From a virus (Duplodnaviria; Heunggongvirae; Uroviricota; Caudoviricetes), in IMG/VR virus record IMGVR_UViG_3300032116_012976: DNA of 64,000 nt. One strand, written 5' to 3'. A model generated the notes under the pieces. That model made no database searches. It was not told where the DNA came from and was given only the letters and a program-made list of their open reading frames with translations. This document shows, in pieces, positions 37,372-44,014 of the stretch (the first letter of the stretch is position 1; the number at the start of each line of letters is the position of its first letter). Made by a program: the position numbers and the translations under genes.

Positions 37372-37671
37372 TTATTCTGTATAATCTTCTACAGTAAATG
37401 ACACAGGAACAACACTAAAAGTTGAAAGTTGTGCAGTCATCCATTCAACAAAGTCTTCTGCATTTTTTTTGTTTTCCCATTTTCGAGTTACAGTTAAATG
37501 GGTGGGACCTAGTTCTGACGGGTCGAGACCTGCGGTACCAACCACAGTAAAGTCATCATGCCCACCGTCTCCAACAATTTGTAAATAATTACTCCAAGGG
37601 ATAATAGTTCTTGCTGTTTCTCGATCTTCTACAGACGCATACACCAACACAGTTTTAGCAACTATAGCCAT
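37372..37671 (-). CDS. hypothetical protein
   Basis: Start moved to MAIVAKTV, preceded by ggagat. Confidence 0.5.
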   Translation of the reverse strand: MAIVAKTVLVYASVEDRETARTIIPWSNYLQIVGDGGHDDFTVVGTAGLDPSELGPTHLTVTRKWENKKNAEDFVEWMTAQLSTFSVVPVSFTVEDYTE

Positions 37672-37690
37672 AATAATCTCCTTTTTGTAT

Positions 37691-38464
37691 TTATTGCTTT
37701 GCGGCAATCACGCTTAAATGCCAACCTAGCTGTTGATTGACAGCCTGGCGTTGTGCATCGCTCATGGCAGCAAACCATGGTTCCAACACATAATTTCCTT
37801 GTTTGTACTGCTCTACATTGTACATAAAACAGTAATCTTGCTTGATGCTTTTGATATCAAAGTGTACGTCCAGCAGTTTTTGTATTTCTCCTTGACTGTA
37901 AACTCTGGCATATGGGCAGTTGTCTTGCGCTTCAAACTGGTCCAGCCCAGACTGAATCATTGCCCATTTCCAACTGTTGCGAGCATACACTAGGAAACGA
38001 AACTCCCCATCAGATGCTAGACTTGCGTAAGCATTGCTGACCACTTGTTCTACATTGGGATAGTGATGCAATACACCACAAGCATACACCATATCAAATT
38101 GTCCTAGCCCTGCAACACGCTGACTGTCGCCTGCGTCCATGTGATAGAATTCAGCATCTAATCCCATAACAGTAAATCTCTGCTCACAAAGTTCTATGCT
38201 ACGACTGCTAAGATCAATCCCAACGTATTCAGCACCATGCCGTACAAATTGTTCAGCATCAGATCCAATGCCGCATCCTAGTTCTAGCACCCGCCGTCCC
38301 TTGCAGTTTTCAAAGTCGGCCAACTGCCACAAATGCGGCCCAACAAACCATCTACGACGATTGATGTTGTTCCAAAATTCTTCTGTGCCTTCTGGTGCCA
38401 ACCCATGCTTTATATTACAAGGTTGTTGATCCCAGTACTGTTCTATTTGAGTAATTGTAGCCAT
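37691..38464 (-). CDS. class I SAM-dependent methyltransferase
   Basis: Motif I VLELGCGIGSD. Post-I VGIDLS. Confidence 0.75.
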   Translation of the reverse strand: MATITQIEQYWDQQPCNIKHGLAPEGTEEFWNNINRRRWFVGPHLWQLADFENCKGRRVLELGCGIGSDAEQFVRHGAEYVGIDLSSRSIELCEQRFTVMGLDAEFYHMDAGDSQRVAGLGQFDMVYACGVLHHYPNVEQVVSNAYASLASDGEFRFLVYARNSWKWAMIQSGLDQFEAQDNCPYARVYSQGEIQKLLDVHFDIKSIKQDYCFMYNVEQYKQGNYVLEPWFAAMSDAQRQAVNQQLGWHLSVIAAKQ

Positions 38465-38502
38465 ACAGTGTATTTAAAAGTCTGTGCAAGCTACATTAAA
38501 TT

Positions 38503-38579
38503 TGGTGCCCCAGAGGAGACTCGAACTCCTAAAATTTGGCTTCTAAGACCAACACGTATACCAATTCCGTCACCGGGGC
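38503..38579 (-). tRNA. tRNA with Leu anticodon TAG but class-I architecture, 77 nt
   Basis: GCCCCGG TG ACGG AATTGGTAT ACGT G TTGGT CTTAGAA GCCAA ATTTT AGGAG TTCGAGT CTCCT CTGGGGC A CCA. Confidence 0.7.
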
Positions 38580-38590
38580 TTAAATACATC

Positions 38591-38794
38591 ATGCAAACCA
38601 AACAAGACTCCATCAAAAAAATAGAGCGTTTGCTTGCAATGGAAACATTGGGCAAAACGTTTGTGACCAAACAACAACAGTTGGCCTACGAGCGCGGATA
38701 TCTAACAGGCTTGCTGGCTGCTATGGCCTACAACGACAATTCAGTCGAGCATGTGGTGAATCAACGCATCAAACATCTTACACCTAAAATCTAA
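38591..38794 (+). CDS. possible 67-aa ORF on the opposite strand within the tRNA array
   Basis: MQTKQDSIKKIERLLAMETLGK... Internal Met of ORF 38333..38794, whose upstream part overlaps a tRNA. No obvious RBS. Confidence 0.3.
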   Translation: MQTKQDSIKKIERLLAMETLGKTFVTKQQQLAYERGYLTGLLAAMAYNDNSVEHVVNQRIKHLTPKI

Positions 38795-38795
38795 C

Positions 38796-38871
<76 letters not shown>

Positions 38872-38876
38872 ATGAA

Positions 38877-38951
38877 TGGTGGGTGATGAGAGGATCGAAC
38901 TCCCGACAAACTGCGTGTAAGGCAGCGACTCTACCGCTGAGCTAATCACCC
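38877..38951 (-). tRNA. tRNA-Val(TAC)
   Basis: Acceptor gggtgat/atcaccc, anticodon loop CTTACAC, CCA encoded. Confidence 0.8.
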
Positions 38952-38956
38952 GTATA

Positions 38957-39047
38957 TGGTGGAAGTGGTGAGATTCGAACTCACGGACCCCTTTCGGAGC
39001 CGGCAGTTTTCAAGACTGCTGCAATCAACCAACTCTGCCACACTTCC
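38957..39047 (-). tRNA. tRNA-Ser(TGA), class II
   Basis: 91 nt, acceptor ggaagtg/cacttcc, anticodon loop CTTGAAA, long variable arm, CCA encoded. Confidence 0.8.
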
Positions 39048-39241
39048 TAAAAAATTAAAAAAGATACTGCTTTGCGTTTAAAGGTACTGAACATCCTTTC
39101 GGGTAGCTCACATCCTTCCTGGCACATGGTTCGACTGTGACTAGCAGTCTGGAACTTAATCCCAGCGGCACCTGGATAACGTTAAGGTCCCTAGCAGTTG
39201 GGCCCATAGTCAATGAGTTTTTCACACATCTTTTCTAAACT
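39048..39241 (-). other. unassigned 194-nt spacer in the tRNA array (possible small RNA)
   Basis: No ORF. Contains the direct repeat ggtactgaacatcc / ggtagctcacatcc and a duplicated ctagcagt. The minus strand ends in a T-rich run before tRNA-Ser. Confidence 0.25.
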
Positions 39242-39317
39242 TGGAGTAGGTGACAGGACTCGAACCTGCATTATACGGATTTGCAATCCGGCGCCTAGCC
39301 ATTCGGCACACACCTAC
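39242..39317 (-). tRNA. tRNA-Cys(GCA)
   Basis: Anticodon loop TTGCAAA, discriminator U73 as expected for Cys, CCA encoded. Confidence 0.8.
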
Positions 39318-39323
39318 ATCTAT

Positions 39324-39400
39324 TGGTCGGAGTACGAGGGTTCGAACCTCGGACCTCCTGGTCCCAAACCAGGCGCACTACCAGGCTGTGCTATACTCCG
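39324..39400 (-). tRNA. tRNA-Pro(TGG)
   Basis: Acceptor cggagta/tactccg, anticodon loop TTTGGGA, CCA encoded. Confidence 0.8.
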
Positions 39401-39406
39401 TGTATT

Positions 39407-39625
39407 TTATTTTACTTTGGGTTCTTGACTTTTGTCAAGTTCATGGGGTTCAGCAAATCTTGTGCCGTGGCCCAGATTCCAACTGTCTGCTGTGAAAATT
39501 TTTACAGGCTTCCAGTAACGACTTATGATGTTGTTGACAGCAACAGCCGCCGCCACAATCACTACAAATCCTATTGCTGTCAAAATACTACCAGCTAAGA
39601 ATACAGCCGCTTGATCCATGTCCAT
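39407..39625 (-). CDS. small membrane protein (72 aa) inside the tRNA array
   Basis: One clear hydrophobic helix AAVFLAGSILTAIGFVVIVAAAVAV. Confidence 0.5.
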   Translation of the reverse strand: MDMDQAAVFLAGSILTAIGFVVIVAAAVAVNNIISRYWKPVKIFTADSWNLGHGTRFAEPHELDKSQEPKVK

Positions 39626-39638
39626 TGTTTGTTCCTTG

Positions 39639-39712
39639 TGGAGCAGGGTAGGGGAATCGAACCCCTCGCTTTAGCTTGGAAGGCTAAGGTATTACCACTA
39701 TACGAACCCTGC
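39639..39712 (-). tRNA. tRNA-Gly(TCC)
   Basis: Acceptor gcagggt/accctgc, anticodon loop CTTCCAA, CCA encoded. Confidence 0.8.
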
Positions 39713-39760
39713 GTTAAAATACTTATTATACAACACTCAGACACTGTTGTAAAGATCATT

Positions 39761-39835
39761 TGGTTGCCATGGACAGTTTCGAAATGTCGACCTATCGCTT
39801 ATCAAGCGATTGCTCTTCCTCTGAGCTACACGGCA
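39761..39835 (-). tRNA. tRNA-Ile(GAT)
   Basis: Anticodon stem atcgc/gcgat, loop TTGATAA, CCA encoded. Confidence 0.75.
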
Positions 39836-39841
39836 AAAACT

Positions 39842-39915
39842 TGGCACGGGTACTAGGGCTCGAACCTAGAATGACAGAGTCAAAGTCTGTAGTGTTACCA
39901 TTACACTATACCCGA
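39842..39915 (-). tRNA. tRNA-Gln(TTG)
   Basis: Anticodon loop CTTTGAC, unpaired U1-U72 and G73 (Gln-like identity features), CCA encoded. Confidence 0.75.
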
Positions 39916-39927
39916 ACAAAAACTATT

Positions 39928-40002
39928 TGGTGGATGTAAGTAGAGTCGAACTACCACTTGACTCCGTATGAAGGAGGCGCACTACCATTATGCTATACAT
40001 CC
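39928..40002 (-). tRNA. tRNA-Met or Ile2 (CAT)
   Basis: GGATGTA...CCTCC TTCATAC GGAGT... Full cloverleaf. Met versus lysidine-Ile cannot be decided by eye. Confidence 0.7.
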
Positions 40003-40006
40003 ATGT

Positions 40007-40098
40007 TGGTACCCCCACCGGGAGTCGAACCCAGATGAACCAATTATCTGTTGCTTACGGGATATAAATCCGCCGTTTTACCATTAAACTATAGGGGC
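40007..40098 (-). tRNA. 92-nt tRNA with a 22-nt variable region; best-fit anticodon TAT (identity undetermined)
   Basis: GCCCCTA TA GTTT AATGGTA AAAC G GCGGA TTTATAT CCCGT AAGCAACAGATAATTGGTTCAT CTGGG TTCGACT CCCGG TGGGGGT A CCA. The A31-C39 pair is a mismatch. Confidence 0.55.
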
Positions 40099-40103
40099 AT
40101 GTC

Positions 40104-40178
40104 TGGGGTGTCGTATGAGAATCGAACTCATGACAGCGGAATCACAACCCGCGGTTTTGCCACTAAACTAACGTCACC
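40104..40178 (-). tRNA. tRNA-His(GTG)
   Basis: Anticodon loop TTGTGAT, C73 and an encoded G-1 (His hallmarks), CCA encoded. Confidence 0.8.
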
Positions 40179-40267
40179 ATATAGGAACACACTCAGGCGT
40201 AGTAGTTCGTTAGCCCACTAAGATACACGGCTACCACCCGTGTCATTAGTTGAATGTGTTTTTATAT
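40179..40267 (-). ncRNA. clamp-stem element filling the His-Lys tRNA spacer (89 nt)
   Basis: Arms atataggaacacactc (40179..40194) and gaatgtgtttttatat (40252..40267) pair around a ~57-nt insert with an internal hairpin acacgg/ccgtgt. Confidence 0.5.
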
Positions 40268-40341
40268 GGTAGGGGCGCCGGGATTCGAACCCGAAATTGG
40301 CAGATTAAAAGTCTGCTGTGATACCGTTTCACCACACCCCC
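40267..40341 (-). tRNA. tRNA-Lys(TTT)
   Basis: Anticodon stem gcaga/tctgc, loop CTTTTAA, CCA encoded. Confidence 0.8.
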
Positions 40342-40402
40342 GGTATCTTGTCACTCTTGTCACTATTCATGACAGACTCTCCTTTTTAAAATAAGTATTT
40401 GA

Positions 40403-41527
40403 ATGAACAAATATTGTCCAAAACCATTTGTTAGTATTCATATGTATACTGATAAAGATCTCAATCCAACTGTTAGGCCTTGTTGCAATTACAAACCTAT
40501 CAAGCAGTACGCAACGATTAATGATTATTTGCAATCATCTGAACTAGCGTCTCTTCAGCAACATTTGCTTACAAAAGAATCATTGCCAGATGGATGCAAG
40601 GCATGCAAAGTAGACGAAGATAATAACTTGCCTAGTATCCGAAACAAGTATATTAAAGTGTTTGAGCATGAAACCAAAACTAAAATTGTTGACTTGGAAA
40701 TTTTCCCTGGCAACGCATGTAATCTCAGTTGCTTGTCGTGCAATCCTTCTCATAGTACCAAATCAGGTCAGGAATATGCCAAACTTGGATGGATTAAACA
40801 ATCAATAGTGATCAATCACGAAGATCATGCACTTGAAGTTATTAAACAGTTGCCAGACCTTAAATCAATAGGTTTTATTGGCGGCGAATTTTTTGTAACC
40901 AAACACAATATTGAATTGCTCGATGCGGTTATTGAAAAAAATCTTAAAACACGAATTATTACCAATGCCACTCAACTAACCAAAAAACATCTTGAGCGGT
41001 TACAAAAAATATCTGACCTTGATGTGATGGTTAGTGTAGACGGTACTGGGCCAACATTTGAATTTTTACGCTATCCGGCACAATGGTCAGTTGTGCAATC
41101 AAACATTGTTGCACTACAACAGGCATTGCCCGGAGCAAAGATACATTTGTCGGCAGTGTTGCAATTTTTAAATTTGCAAAATATCATTGAACTGTTTGAA
41201 TACGCCAATGTCCGTCGACTGCCATTTAATGTGATCCCTTTATCTTATCCTGTTTGGCTACAGTCAGAAGTGCTTACCACTCTCGAACGTCAGCAGTTGA
41301 TTGCAGTTATACAAAAACAACTAACAGTTGCAAAACTTACCAAAACACAAAAACAGTTAATGACTGATACATGTAGTATGCTAGAAACAATACAGCACTC
41401 ACCTGCTCAACGAGAACAGTTTGTGTCTCGAACAAGCCAGCTGATTCGACTGCGCAACATCACACAACACACAATCAACTCAGTGTTTGGTGTGCTAGAA
41501 AATTTAGCGCAAGAAGTTATACAATAG
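40403..41527 (+). CDS. radical SAM enzyme (type B paralog) embedded in the tRNA array
   Basis: YCPKPFVSI...RPCC, CNLSCLSCN, IGGEFFV. Confidence 0.8.
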   Translation: MNKYCPKPFVSIHMYTDKDLNPTVRPCCNYKPIKQYATINDYLQSSELASLQQHLLTKESLPDGCKACKVDEDNNLPSIRNKYIKVFEHETKTKIVDLEIFPGNACNLSCLSCNPSHSTKSGQEYAKLGWIKQSIVINHEDHALEVIKQLPDLKSIGFIGGEFFVTKHNIELLDAVIEKNLKTRIITNATQLTKKHLERLQKISDLDVMVSVDGTGPTFEFLRYPAQWSVVQSNIVALQQALPGAKIHLSAVLQFLNLQNIIELFEYANVRRLPFNVIPLSYPVWLQSEVLTTLERQQLIAVIQKQLTVAKLTKTQKQLMTDTCSMLETIQHSPAQREQFVSRTSQLIRLRNITQHTINSVFGVLENLAQEVIQ

Positions 41528-41567
41528 CCAGGGACCTAACTCGTCAAGGGAGAGTATGGCTATGTGT

Positions 41568-41645
41568 TGGTACCACCTGAGAGATTCGAACTCCCCGCCC
41601 CTGCGTTCGTAGCACAGTGCTCTAATCCAAATGAGCTAAGGTGGT
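41568..41645 (-). tRNA. tRNA-Arg(ACG)
   Basis: Acceptor accacct/aggtggt, anticodon loop CTACGAA, CCA encoded. Confidence 0.75.
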
Positions 41646-41653
41646 GTATTGAA

Positions 41654-41853
41654 TTTGAGAGTAGTAGCATCACTGTTATTGCTACCATTGACCCGTGTAA
41701 TAAAGCCGGCCGGGAGGGTGATACGTCACTTGGAATACTTAACACACAGATTGATTACTTAGTTGTGTACGGAATCACGCCGCCCGTGCTTTACACTAGG
41801 TTGACCTTCGAAGAATCTTCCTAGCGTGTCTTTCTCTTGCTGACACTCTCAAA
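41654..41853 (-). ncRNA. 200-nt clamped spacer element between tRNA-Arg(ACG) and tRNA-Thr(TGT)
   Basis: Arms tttgagagt (41654..41662) and actctcaaa (41845..41853) pair. No ORF. Internal hairpins include gtagca/tgctac and ctagg/cctag. Confidence 0.4.
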
Positions 41854-41856
41854 ACT

Positions 41857-41930
41857 TGGTGCCCCACGACAGAATCGAACTGCCATCACAGGATTACAAA
41901 ACCAGTGTACTACCATTGTACTAGTAGGGC
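41857..41930 (-). tRNA. tRNA-Thr(TGT)
   Basis: GCCCTAC TA GTAC AATGGTA GTAC A CTGGT TTTGTAA TCCTG... Two U-U mismatches in the anticodon stem. CCA encoded. Confidence 0.65.
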
Positions 41931-41936
41931 GAATTG

Positions 41937-42026
41937 TGGTGGAAGACTAGGGAGTCGAACCCTATGACCCTATTACTAGAATCTACAGATTAGCAATCTG
42001 CTGCATTACCGTCCTGCCCGTCTTCC
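41937..42026 (-). tRNA. tRNA-Ser(GCT), class II
   Basis: 90 nt, acceptor ggaagac/gtcttcc, anticodon loop TTGCTAA, CCA encoded. Confidence 0.8.
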
Positions 42027-42031
42027 TGACT

Positions 42032-42107
42032 TGGCTCCCCAGCGTGGGATCGAACCACGGACACCTTGATTAACAGTCAAGTGCAACTACCGCTGTGCTA
42101 CTAGGGA
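42032..42107 (-). tRNA. tRNA-Asn(GTT)
   Basis: Anticodon stem cttga/tcaag, loop CTGTTAA, G73, CCA encoded. Confidence 0.8.
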
Positions 42108-42147
42108 ATAATCTACTTAGTAGGCACTCGAGCCTACTACAAAAATA

Positions 42148-42240
42148 TGGTGGAGCAACTTGGAGTCGAACCAAGAATGTTTACCACGAGGGGACGGATT
42201 TACAGTCCGCCGATGCACACGCCATAGCATCAATTGCTCC
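42148..42240 (-). tRNA. tRNA-Tyr(GTA), class II
   Basis: 93 nt, acceptor ggagcaa/ttgctcc, D stem GATG/CATC, anticodon loop CTGTAAA, 18-nt variable region, CCA encoded. Confidence 0.75.
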
Positions 42241-42245
42241 ATATT

Positions 42246-42320
42246 TGGTGGACCGGCGGGGGATCGAACCCCGACTAAAGGCTTGCAAAGCCCCTGTGCT
42301 CCCATTATCACTACCAGCCC
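42246..42320 (-). tRNA. tRNA-Ala(TGC)
   Basis: Anticodon loop TTTGCAA. The acceptor stem carries the G3:U70 Ala identity pair. CCA encoded. Confidence 0.8.
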
Positions 42321-42326
42321 AAATTT

Positions 42327-42400
42327 TGGCATCCCGGGAGGGACTCGAACCCCCACGAACGGTTTTGGAGACCGTCATGCTGCCATTACACCACCGAGAC
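42327..42400 (-). tRNA. tRNA-Trp(CCA)
   Basis: Anticodon stem acggt/accgt, loop CTCCAAA, G73, CCA encoded. Confidence 0.8.
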
Positions 42401-42408
42401 ATAATTTT

Positions 42409-42431
42409 AACACACTCTTGCGAATGTGTGT
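42409..42431 (-). ncRNA. GCAA-capped hairpin, minimal member of the clamp-stem family, 8 nt 5' of tRNA-Trp
   Basis: Minus strand acacattc-GCAA-gagtgtgt: 8 bp with one G:U. The same position is a C:A mismatch on the plus strand. Confidence 0.6.
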
Positions 42432-42432
42432 A

Positions 42433-42482
42433 TTAAAACATTCTAAACTACTTAGGCTGCCTGTTTGTAAAGAATGTTTTAA
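42433..42482 (-). ncRNA. 12-bp perfect clamp hairpin with 26-nt loop
   Basis: ttaaaacattct (42433..42444) pairs with agaatgttttaa (42471..42482). Confidence 0.5.
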
Positions 42483-42582
42483 TACGCTCGGATTTTTTTA
42501 TGTACAAGAACATAAGCCATCCCCGAGGCCGCCCATTTGTAGTTTAGAGTGATACAGGCTCGCGTTGCCGTTGCACTAAATG

Positions 42583-42610
42583 AAAAAACCCAGGGTTTTT
42601 ACGCCTGGGT
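42583..42610 (-). terminator. rho-independent terminator inside the ORF-free block
   Basis: acccagg...cctgggt hairpin followed, on the minus strand, by TTTTTT. Confidence 0.65.
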
Positions 42611-42818
42611 CCTTGGGTAAGATACGGTTGTATACTACTTAGGACCCTCTGCCTCCTGGAATGCTATTCATGCGACCATAGGCGTGTGACCAAACTGGTG
42701 TCTGGGCAAACTTGGGTAGCAGTGAACAATATTGTGTTTTCATCATAAGTCCTATTGTACAGTATTTACCTTTTGAGGTCAACCACTGTGTTAAAGTTAT
42801 TTAGCCTTTCGGCTGAAT

Positions 42819-42893
42819 TGGTTGCGGGGGAAGGAATCGAACCTCCGTCTCCCAGGTTATGAGCCTGGTGGTCTACCGCTGACGTACCCCGCG
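42819..42893 (-). tRNA. initiator tRNA-fMet(CAT)
   Basis: C1-A72 mismatch at the acceptor end (bacterial initiator hallmark), anticodon loop CTCATAA with a G-C-rich stem base, CCA encoded. Confidence 0.75.
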
Positions 42894-42904
42894 ATTGAAT
42901 TATT

Positions 42905-42986
42905 TATATAGAAACACACTCTATGCTTGGGGAACAATTCATTGAATTGAGCAACCACCAACGGGTACGGAGTGCGTTTGTATATA
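42905..42986 (-). ncRNA. clamp-stem element 11 nt 5' of tRNA-fMet (82 nt)
   Basis: Arms tatatagaaacacactc (42905..42921) and gagtgcgtttgtatata (42970..42986), 15 of 17 positions paired. Confidence 0.5.
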
Positions 42987-42993
42987 AAGTGGC

Positions 42994-44010
42994 GGACTGA
43001 GAATACATCCTAACCCAGTAACACCTCGGACATTATTACAAACCTTGCGAGTCTGCTTTCTTCCGATTTCCACTGCAACCATATTGCTATGTATCACAGT
43101 CTGTTACCAGTATCGCCGTTTTTAAAGACAGGCAGTAGTCTTGTCATCACATGCTACTCTACACCATCTATCCCGTTGACCTTTAGAGCCATTCACTGTC
43201 GCTAAACAGTTACGAAACTTCCAGTATAAACAGATTTCACCTTGCGAGTTACGTCTGACTGTATTGCCTTGCGGCTACAGCATTAGATACTTTTCACACA
43301 TGACCGAGTCAGTCTTTGCTTTTATGTTAGATAGTGGTTTTGAAGCCACAGCCTATTCCTTAACAGGGAATTGCTCTACGATGAGCTATATCAACCTACT
43401 GCGATGTGCTGACTCAGTTGCTTCATACTCTTTTGGAATACAAAATACAACACACCACGTTCCTTTTGTCTTGCGAACTACTCAGACGTCTTTTGCGATC
43501 AGTGTCGGGTCTCGGCTTTCGCGTACCTCCACCAACCACTCAAACTGCATACGAGCCCTTGGGTGCAACCCCTCGGACCGATACGCTACCCTTTCTCATA
43601 CCAATTAACTGGGCTGGTTTTGTATAGAAGTCAGCACCACCTGTTACTTTTCTGCAACTCCGGTTACCCTTGCGGGCCGGTAAGTTACAGCTCTTTCCTA
43701 TACTCCCAGCGTCATTGTTACAACCACCGGTCTTATCAGTGATCGGATCCTCACGGACCTGAGCAGGCTTGTTTACATGAACCATTGCTGGCGGACTTAT
43801 GTAGGCATACATCCTTTGGCTGGGTCACCCCAGTTATTCTTCGTACAGCTGGGCGAACCATACTGCACAGGACAATAAACTGCCCTATGTATCTATTGTA
43901 AGACAAACGTCTTTTGTTGTCAAACAGTTTTGGATAAATTTGTTGTTTATCTATCCAAAATAGTCTGTAACAGTTTTCTGCAGTCGTGTTACAGTGGGCA
44001 AATAAGTACC
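42994..44010 (-). ncRNA. candidate large structured ncRNA (~1 kb), class unknown (GOLLD/ROOL-like context)
   Basis: No credible ORF in an otherwise gene-dense window. Five CGCAAG (GCAA tetraloop) and two GTGA-capped hairpins on the minus strand, plus many local stems. Flanked by tRNAs. Confidence 0.4.
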
Positions 44011-44014
44011 CCAC

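Noticed and set aside
42905-42992. Reading the TATATA-containing 5' arms of the clamp elements as sigma70 promoters
   Set aside because: No -35 element lies at the right spacing. In the His-Lys spacer the position is occupied by tRNA-Lys itself.
43264-44014. ORFs 43264..43608, 43406..43627, 43540..43812 and 43751..44014 inside the candidate ncRNA
   Set aside because: They overlap one another in different frames and strands, are S/T/C/R-rich, and have no RBS or coupling to neighbours. A decayed gene cannot be fully excluded without a translated search.
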